From NCBI GenBank assembly GCA_963785235.1, contig CAWAUM010000005.1, forward strand, positions 320,001-384,000: 64,000 bases of DNA, given 5' to 3'. Source of the DNA: an uncultured delta proteobacterium (lineage in GTDB: Bacteria > Desulfobacterota > Desulfomonilia > UBA1062). The first letter of the stretch is position 1; every line of letters begins with the position of its first letter. The translations under genes were made by a program, and so were the position numbers. Of this stretch, positions 32,818-42,404 are shown one piece after another. The notes below the pieces were generated by a model that saw only the letters and a program-made list of their open reading frames with translations, did no database searches and was not told the DNA's origin.

Positions 32818-33772
32818 ATGCAAGTATTCAGTGGCACTGATGCTATCAGCTAAGGATATGTTGAAAAAGCCTGTGATCACTATCGGTAATTTTGACGGAT
32901 GCCACAAAGGCCATCAGGAGATATTCCGCAGGACACGAACCCATGCATCACGCATTGGAGGAGTCTCCGTGGTTTATACATTTAATCCCCATCCTGCTTC
33001 GGTTATCAAAGGTATCACCCCCCAGCTTATCTTTACCCTGGATGAAAAGATCAAGGCCATTGAATCACAAGGCATGGACTGTCTCATCATTGCACCCTTC
33101 ACCAAAGAGTATTCAGAAACCCAGCCAGAGGTGTTTCTGAAGGAGACCATTGTACGCAGGATCGGGGCATCCGGCATTGTGGTGGGGCATGATTTTTCTT
33201 TTGGCAAAAAGGCACTGGGAGATATCTCTTTCCTCAAACGCATGGGGTCCAAGATGGGTTTTTTTGTAGAGTGCGTAGACCCGGTAATTTTACATGGAGA
33301 GGTGATATCAAGTACACGGATCAGGAAAATGATTCAATCGGGAGATGTGTCAGGCGCTGCCGGACTCATGCTTCATCCCTACCGCATCAACGGTCCGGTC
33401 ATCCATGGTATGGCAAGGGGGAGAGGACTTGGGTATCCCACAGCGAATATCGAGCCCAATAAGGCCTTGCTGCCGGCATATGGGGTTTATGCCGTACGGG
33501 TGTACAATAAAAATCAAGCATGGGATGCCATCGTGAATATCGGAAACAATCCCACCTTTGGTGATATAAACACATCTATCGAGGCATTTATTTTTGACTT
33601 TGAAGGAGATCTTTACAATAGAGACATCACTATTGAATTCATCGAGCATATCCGTGGCGAAATCAAGTTTGCCGACAAGCGGTATCTTATTGAGCAGATC
33701 GAGGCCGATTGCCTCAAGGCCAGAGAGATCCTGAAGAAAAGGCATACAATTGAAGATATTCGCCATATCTGA
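32818..33772 (+). CDS. ribF: Bifunctional riboflavin kinase/FAD synthetase; probable start MQVFSG at 32818 with frameshift near 32848
   Basis: IGNFDGCHKGH, VGHDFSFG, ISSTRIR, GRGLGYPTAN, IRGEIKF. The in-frame alternative start is 32840. Confidence 0.92.
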
Positions 33773-34460
33773 TCTCCACCTCTCGTTCCATGCGGACAAA
33801 CCCATGGACATCTTTGGTTCACACTGGGAGGATCATCCCAAACGACTTAGAAATGCCTGGTGTGAATCGGTCAAACAGAGCGATATTGTACTTATCCCGG
33901 GAGATATCTCCTGGTCCATGAAACTTCATGATGCTGCAGCAGACCTTGAGTTCATAGACTCCTTGCCCGGCACGAAGGTGATTATAAAAGGAAACCATGA
34001 CTACTGGTGGAGTTCTTTAAGCAAGGTGAAGCAGGTTATGCCCAAATCAATAATCCCCCTTCAAAACACGGCAGTCATGTTCGGTCATGTCGGCATTGCC
34101 GGCTCACGACTCTGGATCGATCCGGACCTGATGCTGGAAGTAGCAACCGATGAAGACCGAAAGATCCATCAACGCGAACTAGGAAGATTTTCCCTTTCCC
34201 TTAAGGCATTAAACGATGATGCACATATAAGAATTATTATGACGCATTTTCCGCCCATCTCCTTAGAGGGGAAGCCGGGCAATGCCCTCAAAATAGCTTC
34301 CCCATTCAGGTGTTCTCTCTGGGTCTTCGGTCATATGCATTTGGGTGCTCTCAACTACAACGGATTTAAGCGTACTATAGGTGCAACAAGGTTCGAGTTT
34401 GTATCGGCAGACTTCCTCGACTTTTGTCCGAAACTTATCTATGATACTGATAATCCTTGA
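33750..34460 (+). CDS. Calcineurin-like metallophosphoesterase
   Basis: ISDLHL, PGDISW, GNHDYWW, THFPP, FGHMH. Confidence 0.88.
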   Translation: MKIFAISDLHLSFHADKPMDIFGSHWEDHPKRLRNAWCESVKQSDIVLIPGDISWSMKLHDAAADLEFIDSLPGTKVIIKGNHDYWWSSLSKVKQVMPKSIIPLQNTAVMFGHVGIAGSRLWIDPDLMLEVATDEDRKIHQRELGRFSLSLKALNDDAHIRIIMTHFPPISLEGKPGNALKIASPFRCSLWVFGHMHLGALNYNGFKRTIGATRFEFVSADFLDFCPKLIYDTDNP

Positions 34461-34549
34461 AGTTAATACTTGTTTTCCACGATCATATGGGTATAATTTA
34501 ATATGTTATGAACATTATACTAGTACATACAATGATTTGAGGAGATGAA

Positions 34550-35299
34550 ATGGATAAGAAATTAAAGATGCCCGGGCTCTCACGCATAGAGAAATCCCCT
34601 GATATACCGACACTGGTCATGAATCAGATTATAGAGCTCATATCACAAGGAAAGCTCAAGATCGGTGATAAATTGCCTTCAGAACAGGAGATGACCGAGC
34701 TCTTCGGGATCAGCAGGATCTCGTTGAGAGAAGCCATGAAACTTCTTGAGGCCAAAGGTTATATCGAATCAAAAGACAGGAAAGGTAAGTTTGTCAAATC
34801 GCTGACCGACAAAGTGAAATCCTCCATAGAAGACCTTATATCCATTGATCACGAAAAAATCTGGGAACTGCTTGCGGTCCGCAGGCTTATCGACTCAGAG
34901 GCGGCTTATCTTGCTGCCAAGAATGTCTCAAAAGAACAGAAGAATCGTTTTAAGAAGATTATGACCGTTCTCGATAAGGTCGGTGCTGATAAGATACTCA
35001 CCTCCAAAGAAGGGGGCATACTTTATTCTGACTTCTTTGATATCATGACAGACTCCACCAGGAATACCATATTCTTGCACCTGAGAAAATCCGTTACTAC
35101 AATATTAACAGGCGCCTTTCCCTACAGCAGGAAGCAGTTATCCACTGTACCAGGCAGTTCCAAGGACATCACCAAACAACTGATGAAGATTTATGATGCC
35201 ATCGAGAATAGAGACTCCGATGCCGCCAAAGCTGCAACCATCGAACACATCGACTACATCGAGAAGTCATTGCGAAGGGCTTTAAAGGAAGAAAAATAA
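34550..35299 (+). CDS. FadR/GntR family transcriptional regulator
   Basis: GDKLPSEQEMTELFGISRISLREA HTH plus FCD domain. Confidence 0.9.
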   Translation: MDKKLKMPGLSRIEKSPDIPTLVMNQIIELISQGKLKIGDKLPSEQEMTELFGISRISLREAMKLLEAKGYIESKDRKGKFVKSLTDKVKSSIEDLISIDHEKIWELLAVRRLIDSEAAYLAAKNVSKEQKNRFKKIMTVLDKVGADKILTSKEGGILYSDFFDIMTDSTRNTIFLHLRKSVTTILTGAFPYSRKQLSTVPGSSKDITKQLMKIYDAIENRDSDAAKAATIEHIDYIEKSLRRALKEEK

Positions 35300-35387
35300 T
35301 TCATTCTCGTCATTCGTTCTTGTATTGACATTGCAAGATGTGACCTTATCAAGGGATTACTGATAAAATTTCCCTTGGAGGTTATGC

Positions 35388-35837
35388 ATGATAACTATTG
35401 GCGAAAAAGTTGGAGATTTCACCCTTAAGGATCAGCATGGCAAGGACTTCACTCTCTCGGAGTATGCCGGTAAAAAGGTGCTGCTCTCATTTCATCCTTT
35501 GGCATGGACAAGCATTTGCGCCAAACAGATGCAGTCTCTTGAAGAGAAGAGAGGGTTTTTTGAAAAGAAAAACACTATCGCAGTTGGTGTAAGCGTGGAC
35601 AGCACACCTTGCAAGAAGGCCTGGGCGAAAGAGCTGAAAATAGAAAACACCTGCTTACTATCCGATTTCTGGCCCCATGGGGGGCTGGCAAATAAGCTCG
35701 GTATTTTCAGGGATAAAGAAGGCATCTCCGAACGTGCAAACATTATCATTGATGAAAAGGGTCATGCAGAGTTCATCAAGGTATACCCTATCAAAGAGCT
35801 TCCCGATATCAATGAGATCCTGTCTGCCTTGGAGTAG
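35388..35837 (+). CDS. Peroxiredoxin (AhpE-like redoxin)
   Basis: FHPLAWTSIC, LLSDFWPHG, SERA. Confidence 0.85.
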   Translation: MITIGEKVGDFTLKDQHGKDFTLSEYAGKKVLLSFHPLAWTSICAKQMQSLEEKRGFFEKKNTIAVGVSVDSTPCKKAWAKELKIENTCLLSDFWPHGGLANKLGIFRDKEGISERANIIIDEKGHAEFIKVYPIKELPDINEILSALE

Positions 35838-35897
35838 GACTAATTCGAGAACCTATAAACACATGATCTTCTTGCATTTGTTTATCACATGAACTAA

Positions 35898-37166
35898 GTG
35901 CAGCCAATGATTGATAGCATGCCCCATCTGGTTTTTGCAGACTGCAATGGCAGCATAATGGATTTTCCAGGACTCGCTATGCTGGGCCGCAGCGGGGATT
36001 ATTTCCTGCCTGTAACTGAACCGGATACAATCCCTTTACCCAAAGGGGCGCAACTCTATGTGCTCCCAGACAGGCACCCAATAGGGTTGGACCGCGAAAC
36101 AGGTGAGATCGTTATCCTGAAGGATAATCCCTATGATGGTTCATGCCCCATTTATGCCGTTGCCGCCTTTCTTCCGGCAGCCCATACACAGACATATATT
36201 GCTGCATGGGAGCGCTCACAAAGTGCCTCTGAACTCCCCTTGTTCGCCTACACCGCCCTGGGCTGGAATGACGGCTTCGTGACCACAGCGATGCGTACAG
36301 ACCTATCCCGAAGGCAGGACCCTGACATGTTCGACCAGGAAAAGGTGAGGAAAGGGGTTACGCAATGGAAGGCCGATTTTCCACAAAACAGACTTGTCGA
36401 GCACCTCAGCAACTGCGCCTTGTGTTATGGATGTCCGGCAGCGCTCAATCTCTTCCAGGGAAGAGAGGAGGCCCCCCTGCCCACATCGCCTTCATGTAAT
36501 GCCTCCTGTGTGGGGTGCATATCAAAACAGGGCAGTGATAGACCTCCTTCGCCCCAGGACCGCATCCGTTTCGTACCGAGCTCCGAAGAAATCTCAGAAG
36601 TTGCCTTAAAACATATAGACTCAGTCTTGGACCCTGTTGTGAGCTTTGGCCAGGGGTGCGAGGGCGAGCCGCTCATGGTAGCCGACACCATAAGAGATGC
36701 AATAGTGCTTATCAGGAAAAAGACATCTCGCGGTACAATAAATCTGAACACCAATGCGAGCCTGCCTCAGAAGGTTGCAGAGCTTGCCGATGCAGGGCTT
36801 GACAGTATGCGTATCAGCATGAACTCACCAAGGGAAAACACCTATAAAGCCTATTTCCGGCAAACGTACCCCTTTGAAGCCCTGGCCATGAGTGCCTTGG
36901 AGATGAAAAAAAGGAACCGTTTTGTATCTTTGAATCTGTTCGTGTTCCCCGGCCTCACGGATGCCCCGAAAGAGGTAGAGTCACTGAGACGTTTCATCGA
37001 CTCTACCGGCATAGACATGATCCAGTGGCGCAATCTCAATATGGACCCCGATGTATACCTGGAAAAAATTGGTCAGAAACTCCCTTCGGGTATCGGCATC
37101 AAGCCACTCATCGAGAGCATCCCGCTGAGAAGGGGTTATTTCAATCCGTATTTAGGTGCGAAATAA
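35898..37166 (+). CDS. Radical SAM protein of unknown function
   Basis: CNASCVGC cluster motif, SFGQGCEGEP, NLNTNAS; extra CALCYGC upstream. Confidence 0.88.
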   Translation: MQPMIDSMPHLVFADCNGSIMDFPGLAMLGRSGDYFLPVTEPDTIPLPKGAQLYVLPDRHPIGLDRETGEIVILKDNPYDGSCPIYAVAAFLPAAHTQTYIAAWERSQSASELPLFAYTALGWNDGFVTTAMRTDLSRRQDPDMFDQEKVRKGVTQWKADFPQNRLVEHLSNCALCYGCPAALNLFQGREEAPLPTSPSCNASCVGCISKQGSDRPPSPQDRIRFVPSSEEISEVALKHIDSVLDPVVSFGQGCEGEPLMVADTIRDAIVLIRKKTSRGTINLNTNASLPQKVAELADAGLDSMRISMNSPRENTYKAYFRQTYPFEALAMSALEMKKRNRFVSLNLFVFPGLTDAPKEVESLRRFIDSTGIDMIQWRNLNMDPDVYLEKIGQKLPSGIGIKPLIESIPLRRGYFNPYLGAK

Positions 37167-37169
37167 CAC

Positions 37170-39339
37170 TCAGAACTCCACAAACCCGCCACCGGCATCC
37201 TCCTCATCTGCCTGGATTTCAGTGGTGCTCGCCTCTTCCCAGAATTCCAGCAGCATGACCGTGAAGTCGTCATCAAGGGCCTCTTTGCAGTTAAACGACC
37301 GTACGTCTGCCTCTATAACCTCAATGACCGCGTTTCCCCGCATGGTCTGGATAGCGTTATGGAAGCACTGGATCAGCCTATCCTTGCCGTACTGCTCAGC
37401 TTGATCGTTCTCGGTCTCCAGGATACAGTCAGTGTACATGAGCAGTGCATCGCCTATCTCTATGTTGTTCTCACATTTTTCTTCATATCCTCCATCCTCA
37501 AAGGAACCGAGGAAGAAACCGTCTGTATCGAGTTCAAGGATCTTTCCCGTGGCTCTCTTAAAAAGCAGCGGGGTAGGGTGGCCTGCATTGGAGTAGGTGA
37601 TGGACTTGGCATGACGGTCTGTTAATACAAAGAACGCTGTTATGTAGTCCTCATCCAGCACGGGTTTCAGTTCACCGTTGAGCATGTGCATGAGAATTGT
37701 AGGGCTTGCCACGGTCGCGGCCAGGGCGTGAAAGCTCATCTTGAACATGGAAGAGATAAGGGCGGCAGCCACGCCATGGCCGGAGACATCGGCAATAATA
37801 AAACCCGTCTGACCGCCTCCCAGGTTGACGACATCGTAAAGGTCCCCTCCGATATGGATTGAAGGGATATATTTACAGGTAAAGCTCACCCCATTCATGT
37901 TTTCAAACGTATCCGGCAACAGACTCTTCTGGAGCCTGGCAGCCATTTCGAGCTCATCGATCATCCGTTGGTTCTGTGCACGGATGATCTCATTTTTCTC
38001 CTCCATCCCAGCCAGTGTAATAGTGAGATGAGCCGCCTGCTCCTCCATGAGGTCTTTGGTCTCTGCACTCTCCATGAGAAGCCGTTCCATGTCATCTTTC
38101 TGTCTGACGGACTCTGTCACGTCGGTAAAGAGAATAGCCGTATACTTGCCGCCTCCCTTAGGTTCAACCGTGTGTGTGGTTTTTTCAAGATAACGCTGAT
38201 CAAAATCGCCAAGATCAAGGGTTATTTGTTTATCTTTTGGTGAGAACAGGTTCTTAACGATTTCGGGGACGTTGTCCATAGTTTTCCCCAGGACGTCTGA
38301 AGACTTGATGGATGTTATTTTTTGAGCCGTTTTATTCCAGAGTATGACCTCGCTTTTATCAGAGATGACAAGGAGGCCTGATGGAAATGATTTTAAGAGC
38401 TGTACGATGAATTCGTCACGAATAATACGTGCAGGGGTCCATTGCTTTGACTTGCTTACCTTGTTTTTCCGGTATACGAGTCGCACACTGTTTCCACTTC
38501 CTTCGTATCTTACCTCATTGAAAAAGGTCTTGGCTATCTGAATACCAAGGCCGCTGCCTATGTGGGCATTGGGGTCAGGGTTAAATTCTTTTTTATAATC
38601 AAAACCTTCACCCTCGTCTATGACATGATACTCTAAAGAGTTCTGGTCCATGTGGATATGAAGAGTTACCATCCGCTCGACATATTTTGGACTATTGATT
38701 CTCTGCTTAACCAGGTCTTCAAATGAGCCCTTTTTAACTGCCTTTGCCTTTTCCTCCATGGTGATACCCAGGTTGCCATGTTCTATTGAATTGAGAACGA
38801 TTTCTCCGAGTCGCCATCTTGAGCATCTCAGTATCTTCACAGACCCTTCTTGCATTTAGTACAGCCTGATTTATGATATAAGGGATTCTCTCAGGATCAT
38901 TCCCGAAGACAAGGGTTTTATCTTCGCTGATAACACTGTGGCCATCAGGCTCAATGCCCAGGCAGAGAAACCGCTGATGATTCAGTACCCGCTGTATCGA
39001 TTCAAGGAGTGCTGTTATGTTTATTGGTTTGATAAGATAATCCAAGACCCCAAGTCTCATACATTGAAGGGCTAAAAAACCATCGACTTTTTCTGATGAG
39101 ACAATAACCATGGATTTAGGACTGGCCTGGGATATCTGGGTCAGGACCGTGAGACCTGATTCATCAGCAGGGTCTACTGACAGGATAACAAGATCTGGTT
39201 TATCCTGAATGACCTTTGCTATTCCATCATCCGGAGAAAAGGCAAACTTGGCATTAAACCCTTTTCGGGAAAGCTTTTTGACAAGGTCCCGTGAAGCCCT
39301 GTCCGGATCAATGATAAGTACATTCTGAATCAACTTCAT
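37170..39339 (-). CDS. Fused atypical receiver / RsbW-like Ser kinase / PAS / SpoIIE-PP2C phosphatase (~722 aa); frameshift near 38811
   Basis: Removing one base joins ...EMLKMA to LGEIVLNSIEHGN (N-box). Also DEGEGFD, GSGLG, a PAS segment (ILWNKTAQKIT), and PP2C motifs GGDLYD, ADVSGHG, YTD, DDFT. Confidence 0.82.
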
Positions 39340-39385
39340 AACATCCCGCCCTTTATCATGAACTGTTCGTAGATCTTAGATCGCC

Positions 39386-40465
39386 TCATGATCCTTTATC
39401 ATGCTTGCTCAAGTTCATGATAAATCCGGGTATCGATAGCAATGGGAGGACTTTGGCAACACCCCCCATCTCGATGGCAACCTTGGGCATGCCGAAAACA
39501 ACGCAGCTGTCTTCATCCTGTGCAATGGTGAATGCACCTGCTTGTTTCATCTCGCGCATGCCGCGTGCCCCGTCATCACCCATGCCGGTGAGGATGATGC
39601 CCAGGGCGTTAGGTCCAAGGGTATTGGCTGCTGACCTGAACAATACATCAACGGAAGGTATATGTCGGTTAACAGGCGGCCCATCCTTTACCCTTACAAA
39701 GTAGCCCTTTGGGCCCTTGTTTACAATCATGTGCTTACCTCCGGGTGCAATAAGGGCAAGACCTGTTCTGAGCTCATCGTTGTCTTTTGCCTCAACGACG
39801 GTCATAGCTGATAATCCATTCACTCTCTTGGCAAAAGAGTTTGTAAATACCGGAGGCATATGCTGCACGATTAATGTTGGCGGCGCATTTGCCGGGAGCT
39901 TGTTGAGAATCTGCTCAAGTGCCACTGTTCCTCCAGTGGAGGCACCGATAACAAAAATCGGCTGACCATCAATAACTGGCGCGGACTTCTCGGCCTTTAT
40001 TATTACATCCATGCCCAGCTTTGGAGGGACCTCAAGATTTGTAGGCGCGACAGCCTTTTTCAGCTTGGCAGTAGAGGCAGCCTTGACTTTTGAGCAGAGG
40101 TCTATCCTCAGATCCTCGATGCCTTCACTGATTTTGATCCTGGGCTTTGTCATGAAATCAATGGCGCCCAGGGACAGGGCCTTCATTGTGGCGTCTGCGC
40201 CCTGTTCGGTGAGAGATGAAAACATTACAACAGGCATGGGGAATGATCGCATGAGCCTTGAGAGGAAGGTCAGACCGTCCATCTTTGGCATCTCGATATC
40301 AAGGGTAAGCACATCGGGCTTAAGATCTTTAATCTTTCGTATGGCAATCAGCGGGTCAGGGGCAGTACCGACAATCTCGATATGAGGGTCTGACTCGAGG
40401 ATATCCTTCAGAAGCTTTCTCACAAGTGCCGAATCATCAATGATGAGTACTTTTACTTTATCCAT
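39386..40465 (-). CDS. cheB: Chemotaxis methylesterase/response regulator CheB
   Basis: Receiver TLDIEMPKMDG; catalytic GASTGG, QHMP, GMGDDG. Confidence 0.96.
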   Translation of the reverse strand: MDKVKVLIIDDSALVRKLLKDILESDPHIEIVGTAPDPLIAIRKIKDLKPDVLTLDIEMPKMDGLTFLSRLMRSFPMPVVMFSSLTEQGADATMKALSLGAIDFMTKPRIKISEGIEDLRIDLCSKVKAASTAKLKKAVAPTNLEVPPKLGMDVIIKAEKSAPVIDGQPIFVIGASTGGTVALEQILNKLPANAPPTLIVQHMPPVFTNSFAKRVNGLSAMTVVEAKDNDELRTGLALIAPGGKHMIVNKGPKGYFVRVKDGPPVNRHIPSVDVLFRSAANTLGPNALGIILTGMGDDGARGMREMKQAGAFTIAQDEDSCVVFGMPKVAIEMGGVAKVLPLLSIPGFIMNLSKHDKGS

Positions 40466-40475
40466 ATTCGTCTCA

Positions 40476-41069
40476 TTAGAAGATCGTTAGTTCTCCACCC
40501 TCAACCTGAAGCTTTTCCTTTTCATGGAAAAGCTTTGTCTTATATGCCTGCTCTGCTTCAATGATTTTAGAGTCTACCGTTGACTTGAGTCTCTTGAGAA
40601 GGACCTTGCCGGTGTCGGGAAAGAAGAGGACCTTTCTCCCGGTATACCCACCTACATCCTCCTTTATGATCTCTATCTGTTCCATCTTTAAGAAAGCCCT
40701 TACAAAATCGATGTTTGATTCAGGAACATTACCGTCAGTCTTTCTGAAATTCAATACATGTCCGCCCCCGAACACCTTTGCCTGAAAGTGTTTCTGTAAT
40801 CCACCCCGTTTGAGCATATCATTAATAAGCTGCTCCATGGCGAACATACCGTACTTTGCAGATGCCGAGAGGAAAATGTCCTCGGAACGGACATCACCGG
40901 GCAGCATGAAGTGGTTCATACCGCCGATGCCAGTCTTAGTATCCTTTATACAAACAGAGATACAGGAACCTAAGACCGTAGCAATGACATCGTTCGGGCT
41001 CACATAGAATTCCCCGGGATAGATGATCACCATGGTGCGGTTGAATTTCGGGCTGTGCTTTTTATACAT
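40476..41069 (-). CDS. cheD: Chemoreceptor glutamine deamidase CheD
   Basis: TVLGSCISVC, GGMNHFMLP, AKVFGGG, EDVGG. Confidence 0.95.
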   Translation of the reverse strand: MYKKHSPKFNRTMVIIYPGEFYVSPNDVIATVLGSCISVCIKDTKTGIGGMNHFMLPGDVRSEDIFLSASAKYGMFAMEQLINDMLKRGGLQKHFQAKVFGGGHVLNFRKTDGNVPESNIDFVRAFLKMEQIEIIKEDVGGYTGRKVLFFPDTGKVLLKRLKSTVDSKIIEAEQAYKTKLFHEKEKLQVEGGELTIF

Positions 41070-41070
41070 G

Positions 41071-41916
41071 CTACACCTTTATGTAAACAGTATGTTTAAG
41101 AAACTTGAAGAGGTGCTTCATGTACATGAGAGACTCCGAGTGTCCGACAAACATATAGCCCATATCACTGAGATGATTGTGATATTTTTTTACAAGATCC
41201 TTTCTGGTTTCTTCATCAAAATAGATCATCACATTCCTGCAGAATATGATGTCAAAGGGTTTTTTCATGGGGAATGAAGGGTCCATAAGGTTAAGCTTCC
41301 TGAAGGCGATCATGGCTTTAATCTGTGGGCTTACCTCGTAACCTTGAGATGTCCTGACAAAATATTTCGACAGATAATCTATGGGCACCGGTGTAATCTG
41401 CTGGCTTGAATAGACACCTTTGGCTGCCTTCATAAGGATATCCGTATCAAGGTCCGTAGCGAGGATCTTCAGGTCCCAGCCTCGTTCGTCCTTGAAGAAA
41501 TCAGAAACTGTCATGGCGATGCTGTAGGGTTCTTCTCCGGAAGAACATCCGGCGGACCATATCCTTAATCGTCTCATTCCACTTTTTCTTGCCGTATCGA
41601 TAAAAGAAGGGAAGATCTCGTTTACCAAAAAGTCAAAATGATGTTTTTCTCGAAAAAAGTCCGTTTTATTCGTAGTGATTCGGTTGATGAGGTTATTGAG
41701 TTCATCCGATGCATTCGAGCTTGTATTGAGGTATTCGTAATACTCGGAAAAATTTGAAAGATTAAGTGCCCTGAGTCTCTTTGAAAGACGTGCGACAACC
41801 AGGTTCCTCTTCTTTTCGGTCATCTGGATGCCGGTTTGACGGTAAATGATGTCCTGAAAGAGGTGGAATTCCTTTTCTGTGATGGAGAATGATTGTGCGC
41901 ACAGTGTCGGTGTCAT
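41071..41916 (-). CDS. cheR: Chemotaxis methyltransferase CheR
   Basis: TTNKTDFFRE, WSAGCSSGEEPYS, IFCRNVMIYF, GHSES. Confidence 0.96.
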   Translation of the reverse strand: MTPTLCAQSFSITEKEFHLFQDIIYRQTGIQMTEKKRNLVVARLSKRLRALNLSNFSEYYEYLNTSSNASDELNNLINRITTNKTDFFREKHHFDFLVNEIFPSFIDTARKSGMRRLRIWSAGCSSGEEPYSIAMTVSDFFKDERGWDLKILATDLDTDILMKAAKGVYSSQQITPVPIDYLSKYFVRTSQGYEVSPQIKAMIAFRKLNLMDPSFPMKKPFDIIFCRNVMIYFDEETRKDLVKKYHNHLSDMGYMFVGHSESLMYMKHLFKFLKHTVYIKV

Positions 41917-42404
41917 ACACCATCGACCATATTCAACTCGTTATCCGAGAGCAGTTTGTCTACATTCAGGAGGATGATGAATTTTTTATCTTTGATTCCC
42001 ATCCCGGAGATGAATTCAGTGCTGATCCCTGTAGAAAAATGAGGCCGTGGTTTGATATCTTCACTGTTCAGTGTAAGGACATCGCTTACCGCATCCACCA
42101 CTAGCCCCATAATCCTGCCTGACACATCAAGGATCATGATGACGGTAAACTGATCGTATTCCTTCAGTTCCATGCTGAATCTTTCCCTAAGATCAATGAC
42201 AGGCACCACGATACCCCTGAGATTAAGCACACCCTTAATGAAACTCGGTACATTCGGTATAGTTGTACAGCTCTGGTATGCAATAATCTCATTAAGCTTG
42301 AGGATGGATATACCATAGGTTTCCGCCCCCAGCTGGAAGGTTACAAACTGGTTGGTCAGCTTCTTTTCCGTATCATTTGTTTTTGAAATAGGTTCACTTT
42401 TCAT
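41913..42404 (-). CDS. cheW: Chemotaxis coupling protein CheW
   Basis: GVLNLRGIVVPVIDLR, GLVVDAVSDV. Confidence 0.95.
   Translation of the reverse strand: MKSEPISKTNDTEKKLTNQFVTFQLGAETYGISILKLNEIIAYQSCTTIPNVPSFIKGVLNLRGIVVPVIDLRERFSMELKEYDQFTVIMILDVSGRIMGLVVDAVSDVLTLNSEDIKPRPHFSTGISTEFISGMGIKDKKFIILLNVDKLLSDNELNMVDGV

Noticed and set aside
32629-32907. 92-aa minus ORF and N-terminal extension of ribF from 32693
   Set aside because: Both overlap the tRNA-Leu gene; spurious translations.
34503-34532. Palindromes ATGTT-ATG-AACAT and TACTAGTA upstream of the FadR-family gene
   Set aside because: A plausible autoregulatory site, but short and in AT-rich DNA; too weak to call.
21901-37166. Selenoproteins (in-frame TGA plus SECIS) near selA
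   Set aside because: Both peroxiredoxins and the radical SAM use Cys codons at catalytic sites. The gene splits I examined are frameshifts, not in-frame TGA.
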